A stretch of DNA of 64,000 nt from an uncultured Pelagibacteraceae bacterium (GCA_902610315.1 CACLVA010000001.1:107614-171613); one strand, 5' to 3'; shown: positions 28,590 through 39,590, counted from the stretch's first letter. Numbers and translations are program-made. Notes: a model not told the origin generated them from the sequence alone.

Positions 28590-28910
28590 GTGACTATTCA
28601 AAAAGCAAAATTCTCAATAGGCGATGTTGTCAAGCATAAACACTTTGATTTCAGAGGTGTTATTTATGACGTCGATTTTGAATTTAATAATTCTGAGGAA
28701 TGGTACGAGTCTATACCTAAAAATGTAAGACCTAGAAAGGATCAGCCTTTTTATCATTTACTTGCTGAAAACGATGACATTACTTATGAGGCCTATGTAT
28801 CAGAACAGAACCTTATTAAAGACGACTCGGGTGAGCCAATTAAACATCCTTTAATTAATGAGATCTTCTCAGGGAAAAAAGGCTCAACTTACTTCAAGCC
28901 CTCAAATTAA
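28590..28910 (+). CDS. hspQ: Heat shock protein HspQ (YccV-like)
   Basis: AKFSIGDVVKH, FRGVIYDVD, DQPFYHLLAEN, AYVSEQNL; GTG start. Confidence 0.92.
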   Translation: MTIQKAKFSIGDVVKHKHFDFRGVIYDVDFEFNNSEEWYESIPKNVRPRKDQPFYHLLAENDDITYEAYVSEQNLIKDDSGEPIKHPLINEIFSGKKGSTYFKPSN

Positions 28911-28970
28911 TAGTCACTTTTTCAACACATTTCTCTCAAAACTTAGACAAATGATTATTCTATAAATAAT

Positions 28971-29034
28971 TAAACTGATCAAGGGTGTTAACGTTTCCCT
29001 TCAATTATCTCCCTCAACATTCTTGATCAGTTTA
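28971..29034 (+). ncRNA. Candidate structured RNA: 19-bp stem with 26-nt C/U-rich loop
   Basis: TAAACTGATCAAGGGTGTT (28971-28989) pairs with AACATTCTTGATCAGTTTA (29016-29034). The two non-Watson-Crick positions are G-U pairs only on the + strand. Confidence 0.5.
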
Positions 29035-29059
29035 TTTTCACGTTATATAAATAAAAAAA

Positions 29060-29767
29060 ATGTTATCTATAATCACTGAGAAAACTAAAAAAGTATTAAT
29101 TTCATCTAAATTTAGAAATTTAATATTTATATTATTTATAATTTTTTTGTCAGTAGGTCTATTTGAGGCGTTAATATTATCTCCTCAAGATTATCTACAA
29201 AGTGACTCTGTAAGAATTATGTATGTACACGTTCCGTCAGCGTGGATTTCCCTTGGGATTTTTTCAATGATAGCTTTTTTATCTCTTGGAGTTATAATTT
29301 TTAAAAATAAAAACTTTGTACTAATATCAAAAAGTTTAGCTCCATCAGGATTTATTTTTAACTTAATAGCCTTGGTTACAGGCTCAATTTGGGGCAAGCC
29401 AACATGGGGTACTTGGTGGGCTTGGGATCCTAGAATAACTTCTATGTTGGTATTATTTTTATTCTATTTTTTATACTTATTATCCTGGAAACTTTTTGAA
29501 AAGAACAAGGCAGTTAAAATCTCATCATATATTTCAATTATAGGTGTGATTAATGTTCCAATTATCAAATATTCTGTAGATTGGTGGGCAACTTTACATC
29601 AACCCTCATCGATTAATGTTTTATCAGAAAGCACTATACATTCTTCTATGTTAATACCATTATTTTTGATGACTGCGGCATTTGCACTATTTTCTGTGCT
29701 AATTTTTTTAATGAAATATAATGTGGAGTTGATAAAAGTTAAAAACAAAGGTTTAAATAGGATATGA
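29060..29767 (+). CDS. ccmC: Heme exporter/cytochrome c maturation protein C
   Basis: YVHVPSAW, WGKPTWGTWWAWDPR, WWATLHQ. Confidence 0.95.
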   Translation: MLSIITEKTKKVLISSKFRNLIFILFIIFLSVGLFEALILSPQDYLQSDSVRIMYVHVPSAWISLGIFSMIAFLSLGVIIFKNKNFVLISKSLAPSGFIFNLIALVTGSIWGKPTWGTWWAWDPRITSMLVLFLFYFLYLLSWKLFEKNKAVKISSYISIIGVINVPIIKYSVDWWATLHQPSSINVLSESTIHSSMLIPLFLMTAAFALFSVLIFLMKYNVELIKVKNKGLNRI

Positions 29768-29994
29768 ATTTAGATTTATTTATTATGAACGGAAACGGAC
29801 TTTATGTTTGGTCAGCATTCGCATTCACACTATTCAATTTCCTGATTTTATATAAAGTAACAAGTAAGCAATTAATTAAAGAAAAAGCTAAATTTGCAAA
29901 AAAATATGAATCTTTAAATTCAGACCAAGTTATTTTAGCTCACAAACAATCAACAAATAGAACATTTGTAAGAACAGTTGCTCACAAAATCTAA
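29764..29994 (+). CDS. ccmD: Heme exporter protein D
   Basis: M.G.G.YVW.AF single TM; lies between ccmC and ccmE. Confidence 0.8.
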   Translation: MNLDLFIMNGNGLYVWSAFAFTLFNFLILYKVTSKQLIKEKAKFAKKYESLNSDQVILAHKQSTNRTFVRTVAHKI

Positions 29995-30003
29995 TTTAGA
30001 TTA

Positions 30004-30423
30004 ATGTATGGTAAAAAAGTTAGATTAAGAATTGTATTTATAATTTCTGTTCTAACTACAATCATTTTAAGTATTTATATAATTCTAAAACTATTAGAGG
30101 ATGATGTTGTGTATTTTAAATCACCAACTGAAATCAAGCAATCTTCGGAGAATATAACTAAAAAAATTAGAGTAGGAGGGATGGTTAAAAAAAATTCTGT
30201 AACTCTAGATAATGAAAAAATTTTATTTGTAATCACAGATTTTAAAAGTGAAATTAATGTTATTTTTGCCGGGTCCGTTCCAAATTTATTTCAAGAAGAA
30301 AAGGGAGTAGTAGCAGAGGGATTTTTAGAGGATAAAAATTTATTTATTGCTGATAAAATTTTAGCAAAACACGATGAAAATTATATGCCACCTGAGGTTA
30401 AAGAAAGTCTGGAGCAAAAATGA
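30004..30423 (+). CDS. ccmE: Heme chaperone CcmE
   Basis: [18 protein letters not shown]. Confidence 0.95.
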   Translation: MYGKKVRLRIVFIISVLTTIILSIYIILKLLEDDVVYFKSPTEIKQSSENITKKIRVGGMVKKNSVTLDNEKILFVITDFKSEINVIFAGSVPNLFQEEKGVVAEGFLEDKNLFIADKILAKHDENYMPPEVKESLEQK

Positions 30424-32303
30424 TACTATCTAATGCGGGTTTTCTTTCTTTATTACTAGGACTTTTATCTTCTTTTGCTGTTTTCTTATGTTCAGTTTTG
30501 AATATTAAAAAAAATTTATTAAACTTAGAAAATAAAATCTATAAATTCCTTACTCTCCAATTTTTTTTCGTTGTAATAAGTTTTTTTATTTTATTATACA
30601 CTTTTATAATATCTGATTTTAGTAATGAAACCGTTTATAATAATTCTCATTCAACAAAACCTATATTTTACAAAATAACAGGTTTATGGGGTAATCATGA
30701 AGGAAGCTTATTATTATGGTTATTAGTACTGACAAGTTTTGTATTGTTTTTTTTCTTTAGCTCTAAAGATGAACCAAAAAATTTTAGACTTTATACTGTA
30801 ATATTTCATCAAATAATTGTTATTGGTTTTTTTATATTTGTTTTAAAAACTTCTAACCCATTTGATATTCTTTTTCCGGTACCATCTGAAGGACTTGGAT
30901 TAAATCCAATACTTCAAGATCCTGCGCTAGCAATACATCCACCAATTTTATATGTTGGTTATGTTGGAACATCTATTATATTTGCCTCTGCTTTAGCCGC
31001 AATGGTAACCGGGTATGTAAATAACCTTTGGGCAAAAAATTTAAAAAAATGGGTTTTGATATCTTGGACCTTTTTAACAGGAGGTATTCTCTTAGGTTCG
31101 ATTTGGGCGTACTACGAATTAGGTTGGGGAGGTTTTTGGTTTTGGGATCCAGTTGAAAATATTTCTTTAATGCCATGGTTGAGTTTAACTGCCCTTTTAC
31201 ATTGTATTTTAACCCTTGAGAAAAGAGACCTTTTTAAAAATTGGTCAATTATCTTAAGCATTGTGACTTTTATGTTAAGTGTTAGTGGAACATTTTTAGT
31301 TAGATCTGGGATACTTAATTCAGTTCACACTTTTGCAAACGATCCATCTAGAGGAATTTACATCCTAATTTTTTTGTTTGTTCTAATATTGATGTCTTTT
31401 GTAATCTTTTTTATATTTGAGAATAAAAATTTAGAAAATAAAAAAGAAATTTTTTTTTTAAGTAAAGAAACTTCGGTTTTAATAAATAACTGGTTTATGA
31501 TTTATTTTTTAAGCGTAGTTTTAATAGGAACTGTATATCCAATATTTTTAGATGTAATTACATCAGAAAAAATTTCAGTTGGACCCCCATTTTATAATAA
31601 ACTTTTAATACCTTTCTTAATTCCATTTTTTTTATTTATGTCCGTTGGGCCAAATATGAGTTGGATTAAAACAAATTTAAAGTTTAAAGCGAGTTATATT
31701 TACTACTTTTTACTAACCTCAGCTGCCACAATAATAACTATATATTTTTTAACTCAAAAAGATTTTTTATTAATTATTTTGATTTTTTCTTTAGTATTTT
31801 TAAGTATTAAAACGCTTACTAATTTTTTCAAAAATAATACTAATCATGCACAAAACTTGTCACACTTGGGTTTTGCAATGTTAATGTTATCCATATTGTT
31901 TAACAGTATTAGTTCTACAGAAATTATTAAGAATATTAAGGTTGGAGAAAGCTTTATCTCAAAAAACGAAAAAATAACTTTTGAAGAAGTTAAAACCAAT
32001 GAAAAAAAAAACTATTCTTCAATCATTGGTACTTTCGAAGTAAAAAATAAAAATAATAAAATAATTAAACTATATCCAGAGATCAGAATCTACAATCAGC
32101 CGGTTATTGCAACAAGTGAAGCAGCGATTAAAACAACTTTGTTCAAAGATAGATTTATAACAATAAATTTAATAAAGGATGAGCAACTATTTAATGTTAG
32201 ATATCAGAATAAACCATTCATGATCTGGATCTGGATCTCTACATTAGTAATAATTTTTGGGGGTACATTTGCGGTTTTTAGTAAAAAAAAAAATTACTCT
32301 TAG
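30420..32303 (+). CDS. ccmF: Cytochrome c heme lyase CcmF
   Basis: [36 protein letters not shown]. Confidence 0.96.
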   Translation: MILSNAGFLSLLLGLLSSFAVFLCSVLNIKKNLLNLENKIYKFLTLQFFFVVISFFILLYTFIISDFSNETVYNNSHSTKPIFYKITGLWGNHEGSLLLWLLVLTSFVLFFFFSSKDEPKNFRLYTVIFHQIIVIGFFIFVLKTSNPFDILFPVPSEGLGLNPILQDPALAIHPPILYVGYVGTSIIFASALAAMVTGYVNNLWAKNLKKWVLISWTFLTGGILLGSIWAYYELGWGGFWFWDPVENISLMPWLSLTALLHCILTLEKRDLFKNWSIILSIVTFMLSVSGTFLVRSGILNSVHTFANDPSRGIYILIFLFVLILMSFVIFFIFENKNLENKKEIFFLSKETSVLINNWFMIYFLSVVLIGTVYPIFLDVITSEKISVGPPFYNKLLIPFLIPFFLFMSVGPNMSWIKTNLKFKASYIYYFLLTSAATIITIYFLTQKDFLLIILIFSLVFLSIKTLTNFFKNNTNHAQNLSHLGFAMLMLSILFNSISSTEIIKNIKVGESFISKNEKITFEEVKTNEKKNYSSIIGTFEVKNKNNKIIKLYPEIRIYNQPVIATSEAAIKTTLFKDRFITINLIKDEQLFNVRYQNKPFMIWIWISTLVIIFGGTFAVFSKKKNYS

Positions 32304-32814
32304 TTTTTTAATATTAGTTTTTTTTGTCTTTTGCTTTTTAGTTTTTAATAAAGCATTGTTTAAGGACAAAATATATTCTCCAGATTTCAAAGATGGTAAA
32401 ACAAATTACTTAGTAGACTTTAGTTTACCTGAGTTATATTCGTCTAATGAAATAAAATTAAGTGAGGTTATTGAAAACAAGGATTTTTCTATAATTAACA
32501 TCTGGGCTTCTTGGTGTGTACCGTGTAGAGAGGAAAATGATCTTCTTAAGAGTATAAGCAGTCTAAGTTCACTGCAAATTATTGGCATAAATTATAAAGA
32601 TAGAAAAAAAAATTCTATAAAATTTTTAAATGATTATGGAAACCCATTTAAATATAATTTAGTAGATAAAGATGGAACAGAGTCAATTAACTTAGGTGCT
32701 TATGGTGTTCCAGAAACTTTCTTGATTAACAAAAATAGAAAAATTTTAATAAAGATTATAGGACCAATAAATGACAAAGACGTTAAACAGATTAGGGAGA
32801 TTGTAAATGGTTAA
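32257..32814 (+). CDS. ccmG: CcmG/DsbE thiol:disulfide oxidoreductase (start uncertain)
   Basis: NIWASWCVPCREE, GAYGVPETF. Confidence 0.9.
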   Translation: MGVHLRFLVKKKITLSFLILVFFVFCFLVFNKALFKDKIYSPDFKDGKTNYLVDFSLPELYSSNEIKLSEVIENKDFSIINIWASWCVPCREENDLLKSISSLSSLQIIGINYKDRKKNSIKFLNDYGNPFKYNLVDKDGTESINLGAYGVPETFLINKNRKILIKIIGPINDKDVKQIREIVNG

Positions 32815-33187
32815 AAAAAAAATTATGGTTTTTTTATTTTTATTTATTAACTTTTTCGGAAACTGTTATTCTGAGACAGAACCCTATTCTAAACTTGAAA
32901 ATGATATTGCAAAAAATTTAAGATGTCTGATTTGTCAAGGTCAGTCTATATATGACTCTAATTCTGAATTTGCATTAAGTATGAGAATCTATATTAAAGA
33001 TCAAATAGACAGAGGTCACTCAAAAGATCAAATTTATAATATGTTAGTCAAAAAATATGGTCAATGGATTGTTTATGATCCTGGATATTCAAAAAAAACC
33101 TTTTTATTGTGGTTTATACCAATATTGTTTTTTTTATTAGGTGGTGCAATAATATATTTAAGAATATATAAGAGTAAAAAAATATGA
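32807..33187 (+). CDS. ccmH: Cytochrome c biogenesis protein CcmH
   Basis: LRCLICQGQSI.DS, YG, C-terminal TM. Confidence 0.92.
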   Translation: MVKKKIMVFLFLFINFFGNCYSETEPYSKLENDIAKNLRCLICQGQSIYDSNSEFALSMRIYIKDQIDRGHSKDQIYNMLVKKYGQWIVYDPGYSKKTFLLWFIPILFFLLGGAIIYLRIYKSKKI

Positions 33188-33702
33188 AGAATTTTTTTAA
33201 AATTTTATTATTAATCTTTTGCACTTTTATAACTTCTGAAGAGTTATACGCTGAAGAAAAACAAAAAATGGATACTGGTCATAAATATAATATTTATACC
33301 GGGATGTTTGATTTCAGTGACAATGGAAAAAAATCTCAAATTATTGGAATTCAACACTTAAATGATAATCTTTTCAGAGACAGCCTAATAGGTACAATTA
33401 AACCTGTTACTGGTTTTATGTTAACTGCTGACTCAGCCTCATATCTTTATACAGGAATTCAAGCTGAGTATAATATTGGAAGATTAAATTTAACACCAAG
33501 CTTTACACCAGGTTTATATCATGAGGGAGATGGAAAAGACCTCGGTCATTTGGTCGAATTTAAAAGTGAGCTTCAATTATCTTTAGATTTATCACCAAGT
33601 ACAGAATTTGGTTTTTCATATAATCATATATCTAACGCTAGTTTAGGAGAAAAAAATCCTGGGGCAAATAGTTATATGTTTAATTTCTTTAAAAGCTTTT
33701 AA
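33184..33702 (+). CDS. PagL-like lipid A deacylase/acyloxyacyl hydrolase beta-barrel
   Basis: Signal peptide, HISNASLGEKNPG motif, C-terminal Phe. Confidence 0.8.
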   Translation: MKNFFKILLLIFCTFITSEELYAEEKQKMDTGHKYNIYTGMFDFSDNGKKSQIIGIQHLNDNLFRDSLIGTIKPVTGFMLTADSASYLYTGIQAEYNIGRLNLTPSFTPGLYHEGDGKDLGHLVEFKSELQLSLDLSPSTEFGFSYNHISNASLGEKNPGANSYMFNFFKSF

Positions 33703-33711
33703 ATTATTAAT

Positions 33712-34866
33712 ATGAATTTAAAAGATTGCCACAATTTTAGTGACTTTAGAATTTTAGCCAAAAAAAAATTACCGTCACCAATTTTCCATTACATTGATGG
33801 TGCTGCAGATGATGAGATTACTTATAACCGAAATACATCTGCGTTTAATGACGTAGATCTTGTACCCAATGTATTGAGAGGCGTTGAAAACGTAGATTTG
33901 TCTACAACAATTTTTGGAAAAAAAATTGATTTACCTTTTTACTGTTCCCCTACTGCTTTACAAAGATTATTTCATTATGATGGAGAAAGAGCAGTAGGAA
34001 AAGCAGCTCAAAAATTTAACACAATGTTTGGTGTTTCAGCTTTAGCTACTGTAAGTGTTGAAGAAATCTCGTCTTTAATTGATACACCAAAAATGTTTCA
34101 ATTCTATTTTCACAAAGACAGAGGATTAAATGATTCTTGTTTAGAAAGAGCGAAAGCAGCTAAATTTGATGTGATGGCTTTAACTGTTGATACTATTACA
34201 GGAGGAAACCGTGAGAGAGATTTAAGAACAGGCTTTACATCACCGCCTAAGCTTACTATATCAAGTTTATTTAGTTTCGCGACCAAACCAATGTGGGGGA
34301 TAAACTATCTTACAAAAGGAAAATTTGAATTACCACATTTACAGGATTTTGTAAAAGAGGGTACAAGCACTAACTCTTCAATTGGTAATTATTTTTCTAC
34401 AATGTTGGATCAATCCATGAATTGGAATGACGCTGAGAAGTTATGTTCTAAGTGGGGCGGTCATTTTGCACTCAAAGGAATTATGAGTGTCGAAGATGCA
34501 AAGAAAGCTGTTGATATTGGATGCACTGGTATAATGGTTTCTAATCATGGAGGTAGACAGCTTGATGGATCAAGGTCACCATTTGATCAACTAGCAGAAA
34601 TAGTTGATGCTGTAGGTGACAAAATTGATGTAATTTGTGAAGGTGGGTTCCAGAGAGGAACACACATGCTCAAAGCTTTATCTCTAGGCGCAAAGGCTTG
34701 CGCTGGAGGAAGATTATATCTCTATGCTTTAGCCGCGGCGGGACAAGCAGGAGTAGAGAGAGCATTAGGGCAATACAAAGCTGAATTAGAAAGAGATATG
34801 AAATTAATGGGTTGCACTAAGATTAGCGACCTAAATAGAAACAATTTAAGATTTAGATACACTTAA
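33712..34866 (+). CDS. FMN-dependent L-2-hydroxy acid oxidase/dehydrogenase, paralog 1
   Basis: HYIDG, LTVDT..GNRERD, LKG, SNHGGRQLDG. Confidence 0.92.
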   Translation: MNLKDCHNFSDFRILAKKKLPSPIFHYIDGAADDEITYNRNTSAFNDVDLVPNVLRGVENVDLSTTIFGKKIDLPFYCSPTALQRLFHYDGERAVGKAAQKFNTMFGVSALATVSVEEISSLIDTPKMFQFYFHKDRGLNDSCLERAKAAKFDVMALTVDTITGGNRERDLRTGFTSPPKLTISSLFSFATKPMWGINYLTKGKFELPHLQDFVKEGTSTNSSIGNYFSTMLDQSMNWNDAEKLCSKWGGHFALKGIMSVEDAKKAVDIGCTGIMVSNHGGRQLDGSRSPFDQLAEIVDAVGDKIDVICEGGFQRGTHMLKALSLGAKACAGGRLYLYALAAAGQAGVERALGQYKAELERDMKLMGCTKISDLNRNNLRFRYT

Positions 34867-34877
34867 AAAAAAATTCT

Positions 34878-36035
34878 ATGAGTCTTAAAGAATGTTATAA
34901 TTTTGATGACTTCAGAAAATTAGCAAAAAAAAAACTACCTTCCCCGATATTCCATTACATTGATGGTGGTGCAGATGACGAAACTACTCTTAAAAGAAAT
35001 ACAGAAGCCTTTAGTGATTGTGATCTAATACCAAATATTTTAGCTAGCGTAGGCAAACCAGACTTATCAACAACTATTTTTGGAAGAAAAATCGATATGC
35101 CGATTTTCTTATCTCCATGTGCTATGCAAAGATTATATCACCACGATGGCGACAAAGCTTCTGCAAAAGCCGCTAATAAATTTGGAACATTTTATAGTAT
35201 GTCTACAATGGCAAACAATACGATTGAGGAAATTTCTAATTTATCTAGTGGTCCTAAATTATTTCAGCTTTATGTCCATAAAGATCAATCTATAACAAAT
35301 GATTTGATTGACCGTTGTAGAAGGTCAGGATTTGATGGAATGTGTTTGACTGTAGATACTCTTGTTGCAGGTAATAGGGAGAGAGATCATAGAACAGGTT
35401 TTACAACCCCACCAAAACTGACTTTAAAAAGCCTTTTGAGTTTTGTTATGCACCCAGGTTGGGTTTTTAATTATTTAACTCATGAAAAATTTAAACTAGC
35501 TAATGTAGCAACGAAAACTGACAAAGGAACTAATATAGCTAAATCAGTTATAGACTACATTAATGAGCAATATGATCCAGCTATGAATTGGAAAGACGCA
35601 GAGTATTGTGTAAAAAAATGGAACGGTCCTTTTGCTTTAAAAGGGGTTATGTCAGTTGAGGACGCAAAAAGAGCTATTGATATAGGGTGTACCGCTATAA
35701 TGATATCTAATCATGGGGGTCGACAACTTGATGGTTCAAGATCACCTTTTGACCAAATAAAAGCAATTTCAGATGCAGTAGGTGACAAACTAGAAATTAT
35801 TTTAGACGGTGGAGTTAGAAGAGGTACTCATGTTTTGAAAGCGATAGCTGCTGGAGCAAAAGCATGCAGTTTTGGTAAAATGTTTTTGTTCTCATTAGCC
35901 GCAGGGGGTCAACAAGGAGTTGAGCATTTATTGAAGACAATACATGATGAAATTAATAGAAATATGGTTTTAATGGGTTGCAAAAATTTAAAAGAGTTGA
36001 ATAGTTCAAAATTAATTTATAGAAATATTAGATAA
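34878..36035 (+). CDS. FMN-dependent L-2-hydroxy acid oxidase/dehydrogenase, paralog 2
   Basis: HYIDGG, FQLY, GNRERD, SNHGGRQLDG, DGGVRRG. Confidence 0.92.
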   Translation: MSLKECYNFDDFRKLAKKKLPSPIFHYIDGGADDETTLKRNTEAFSDCDLIPNILASVGKPDLSTTIFGRKIDMPIFLSPCAMQRLYHHDGDKASAKAANKFGTFYSMSTMANNTIEEISNLSSGPKLFQLYVHKDQSITNDLIDRCRRSGFDGMCLTVDTLVAGNRERDHRTGFTTPPKLTLKSLLSFVMHPGWVFNYLTHEKFKLANVATKTDKGTNIAKSVIDYINEQYDPAMNWKDAEYCVKKWNGPFALKGVMSVEDAKRAIDIGCTAIMISNHGGRQLDGSRSPFDQIKAISDAVGDKLEIILDGGVRRGTHVLKAIAAGAKACSFGKMFLFSLAAGGQQGVEHLLKTIHDEINRNMVLMGCKNLKELNSSKLIYRNIR

Positions 36036-36047
36036 TTATAAAAAAGT

Positions 36048-37211
36048 ATGAAACTGGCAAAAAGTTTAGATAGATTAGGAACAGAAACTGCATTCTCAGT
36101 TTTAGCGGAAGCAAAAAAACTAGAGGCATCAGGAAAACCAATGATACATCTTGGATTAGGTCAACCTGATTTTAAAACTCCAAAACATGTAGTAGACGCT
36201 GCAAAAAAAGCTTTAGATGATGGCCATCACGGTTATGTTTTATCAAATGGAATTCTAGAATGCAGACAAGCAGTTTCAAGAAAAATTAAATCACTTTATA
36301 ATCAAGATGTTGATGCAGAAAGAATTATCATAATGCCAGGTGGCAAACCAACAATGCATTATGCGATCCAATGTTTTGGAGAACCAGGTGTAGAAATAAT
36401 TCATCCAACACCAGCTTTTCCTATTTATGAGTCTATGATTAATTATACAGGATCTACACCTGTACCATACGACCTTACTAAAGATAAAGACTTAAAATTT
36501 AATGCAGAGGAAATATTGTCATTAATAACTGACAAAACAAGATTATTAATTTTGATTAATCCTAATAACCCAACAGGAAGTTTTGTAGAAAAACCCGAAA
36601 TTGATAAACTTGCTAAAGGTTTAGAGAAACACCCACATGTAACAATTTTAAGTGACGAGATTTATAGTAGACAAATTTTTGACGGTAAAGAGATGCCAAC
36701 TTTTTTTAATTATCCTAAATTGAGAGAGAGATTAATTGTATTAGAGGGATGGAGTAAAGCCTATTCTATGACTGGATGGAGATTAGGTTGGAGTTTTTGG
36801 CCAGAGCATTTAGTGGAACATGTTAATAAACTTTTAATAAATAGTGTTTCTTGTGTGAATGCTGCTGCTCAATATGCTGGTATCGCTGCATTAGACGGAC
36901 CAGATGACTCTATACATGAAATGATGGAAAAATTTACGGCAAGAAGAGATCTAATTCACAAAGGTTTAAATGATCTGCCAGGTGTGGAATGTAGTTTACC
37001 AGGAGGTGCATTTTACGCTTTTCCAAAAGTTAAAGAGACCGGAATGAATGGTAGAGAATTTTGTAATAAAGCTATGCACGAAGCTGGTGTTGCAATCGTA
37101 CCAGGAACAGCATTTGGTCAAACTTGTCAGGATTATGTGAGATTTAGTTTTGCAGCATCTAGAGATAACATTTCTCAAGCATTAGAAAATATAAAAAAAA
37201 TGCTTAAGTAA
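36048..37211 (+). CDS. PLP-dependent class I/II aminotransferase
   Basis: GQPDF, NPNNPTG, SDEIY, SKAYSMTGWRLG. Confidence 0.93.
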   Translation: MKLAKSLDRLGTETAFSVLAEAKKLEASGKPMIHLGLGQPDFKTPKHVVDAAKKALDDGHHGYVLSNGILECRQAVSRKIKSLYNQDVDAERIIIMPGGKPTMHYAIQCFGEPGVEIIHPTPAFPIYESMINYTGSTPVPYDLTKDKDLKFNAEEILSLITDKTRLLILINPNNPTGSFVEKPEIDKLAKGLEKHPHVTILSDEIYSRQIFDGKEMPTFFNYPKLRERLIVLEGWSKAYSMTGWRLGWSFWPEHLVEHVNKLLINSVSCVNAAAQYAGIAALDGPDDSIHEMMEKFTARRDLIHKGLNDLPGVECSLPGGAFYAFPKVKETGMNGREFCNKAMHEAGVAIVPGTAFGQTCQDYVRFSFAASRDNISQALENIKKMLK

Positions 37212-37254
37212 TTTAAGTATTTTTTTTGTAAGATTTATATAGTATCATTATCTT

Positions 37255-38628
37255 ATGAATAGCGAACTTCAGTCCGAATTAAAAAAAATACTAAATTCTA
37301 GATTTTCCGAGTCGGAATCTACAAGATTAAATTATGCAAGAGGAGAAGATACTTATGATCCAATTTTATCTAAGGCTGTAGTATTTCCAGAGACCAATGA
37401 AGAGGTTTCTAAAATATTAAAATTATGCAATCAACATAAGATACCTGTTGTTCCTTTTGGAACAGGGACCTCTTTAGAAGGCAATGTTGTTGGTAACGAT
37501 CAAGGGATTACAATTTCTCTTGAAAAAATGAACAAAGTACTAAGTGTAAACGTAGAAGATTTTGATTGTAAAGTTCAGGCATGTGTAACTAGAGAACAGT
37601 TGAATGACTATTTAAGGGAAGATGGGGTATTTTTTCCAATCGATCCAGGTGCAAATGCAGCAATAGGTGGAATGGCCTCTACCTCAGCGTCAGGAACAAT
37701 GGCAGTTAAATATGGAACTATGAAAACTGTTATAACCGGATTAACAGTTGTTTTACCAAATGGAGATATAATAAAAACTGGGAGTAGAACAAAAAAAACT
37801 TCAGCTGGATATAATTTAACCAATTTATTTATTGGTTCCGAAGGTACTCTCGGAGTTATTACGGAGATCCAGCTAAGATTGTCACCAATCCCAGAAAGTA
37901 TTATGAGTGCTGTATGTCACTTTAAAACTCTAGAGGATGCAGTTAAAACTGCACAAGAGGTAATTCAGTATGGTATTCCAATTGCAAGAATTGAAATGCT
38001 TAATAAAGATCAAATGGAAATTAGTATAGAATACTCTAAATTAAAAGACGTAGAAGCTACACCGACTTTATTTTTTGAATTCCATGGATCAGAAACTTCT
38101 AATAAAGAGTCAATAGATATTGTCGAAGAAATATCGAAAAATAATAATGGAAGCTCTTTTAAATGGGCAAAAGATTTAACGGATAGAAATAAACTGTGGA
38201 AGGCAAGACACGACGTTTATTATTCTGTTAAAGCACAAATTAATAATGGCAGAGTCTATTCAACTGATGTTTGTTTACCAATTTCTAAAATAACTGAGTG
38301 TGTAAACTTTGCTGATGCAGAAGCTAAAAAATTTGGTTTAAGAGCCCCAATGGTTGGTCACCTTGGTGATGGTAATTTCCATGTTTTACTACCTTATGAT
38401 CCAGAAAAAAAAGAGACCTATCAAAAAATACGAAAATTTAGTGATATTCTTATAGAAAAAACATTGGAATTAGAAGGTACAATTACCGGAGAACATGGAG
38501 TTGGGCTTCATAAAAAAGATTACCTTCTTAAAGAACATGGTGATAATTTACCTGTTATGAAATCTATCAAAAGAACCATTGATCCAAACAATATAATGAA
38601 TCCTGGTAAAATTTTTGACTTAAACTAA
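37255..38628 (+). CDS. FAD-linked D-2-hydroxy acid dehydrogenase (D-lactate DH/GlcD family)
   Basis: GTGTSLEG, DPGA, GSEGTLG, GHLGDGNFH, GEHGVG, NPGK. Confidence 0.9.
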   Translation: MNSELQSELKKILNSRFSESESTRLNYARGEDTYDPILSKAVVFPETNEEVSKILKLCNQHKIPVVPFGTGTSLEGNVVGNDQGITISLEKMNKVLSVNVEDFDCKVQACVTREQLNDYLREDGVFFPIDPGANAAIGGMASTSASGTMAVKYGTMKTVITGLTVVLPNGDIIKTGSRTKKTSAGYNLTNLFIGSEGTLGVITEIQLRLSPIPESIMSAVCHFKTLEDAVKTAQEVIQYGIPIARIEMLNKDQMEISIEYSKLKDVEATPTLFFEFHGSETSNKESIDIVEEISKNNNGSSFKWAKDLTDRNKLWKARHDVYYSVKAQINNGRVYSTDVCLPISKITECVNFADAEAKKFGLRAPMVGHLGDGNFHVLLPYDPEKKETYQKIRKFSDILIEKTLELEGTITGEHGVGLHKKDYLLKEHGDNLPVMKSIKRTIDPNNIMNPGKIFDLN

Positions 38629-38636
38629 TAAGTTGA

Positions 38637-39590
38637 ATGAAAAAAATTTTAATTACCAGAAAACTTCTAAGATCAAATGAGGAAAAAGCCTCAAAGTTGT
38701 GGGAGGCTAAACTTAATTTAAATGATGAACTTTATTCTCAATCTAAATTAGTCGAATTAAGCCAAGGTTGTGATGGAATATTAACATCGCTAACTGATAA
38801 AATGGATGAGGCAACTATCAATAAATTACCAGAGAGCATAAAAATTTTATCAAATTTTGCAGTAGGATTTGGTAATATTGATTTAGTAGCTGCTAAAAAA
38901 AGAAATATAGCAGTGACAAACACACCAGATGTCTTAACAGATGCAACAGCTGAAATAGGAATATTGTTAATTCTAGGAGCTTGCAGAAGAGCAAGTGAAG
39001 GTATTCAAGCCGCAAAAGAATCTAATTGGAAATGGTCAGCAGACTATTTGATTGGCAAACAATTAACTGGCTCAAGGCTAGGTATTTTAGGGATGGGACG
39101 TATTGGTCAAAAAATTGCTAAGATAGCAAAGTCGCTTGGAATGATAATACATTATCACAATAGATCTAAATTGAGCTCTGATAAAGAACAAGGAGCTACT
39201 TATCATGATAATCTAAAAAGTTTAATGGAAGTGTCAGATGTATTATCTGTATGTTGCCCAGCCTCAAAAGAAACAATTAATCTTATAAATAAAGAAACTT
39301 TGGAGTATTTACCAAAGGGCGCAGTAGTAACTAATGTCGCTAGAGGAGATATAGTAGACGATGAAGCTTTACTGGACGCATTAGATAGAAGAAAAGTTTA
39401 TGCAGCTGGTTTAGATGTCTATAAAAACGAACCTAATTTAAACCCAGGATATCTTAAACATAAAAGTGTTTTCATACTACCTCATCTTGGAAGTGCCACT
39501 AAAGAAACTAGAACAGCCATGGCTAATCTTGCTATCGATAACATTCAGGAATTTTTCAAAACGGGTAGCTGCAAAAATAAAGTAAATTGA
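38637..39590 (+). CDS. Glyoxylate/hydroxypyruvate reductase (NAD(P) D-2-hydroxyacid DH)
   Basis: NTPDVLTDATAE, GMGRIG, NVARG, GLDV, LPHLGSAT. Confidence 0.9.
   Translation: MKKILITRKLLRSNEEKASKLWEAKLNLNDELYSQSKLVELSQGCDGILTSLTDKMDEATINKLPESIKILSNFAVGFGNIDLVAAKKRNIAVTNTPDVLTDATAEIGILLILGACRRASEGIQAAKESNWKWSADYLIGKQLTGSRLGILGMGRIGQKIAKIAKSLGMIIHYHNRSKLSSDKEQGATYHDNLKSLMEVSDVLSVCCPASKETINLINKETLEYLPKGAVVTNVARGDIVDDEALLDALDRRKVYAAGLDVYKNEPNLNPGYLKHKSVFILPHLGSATKETRTAMANLAIDNIQEFFKTGSCKNKVN

Noticed and set aside
29060-33187. ccmA and ccmB absent from the ccm cluster
   Set aside because: Split ccm loci are common; these genes are probably elsewhere and this window cannot show loss.
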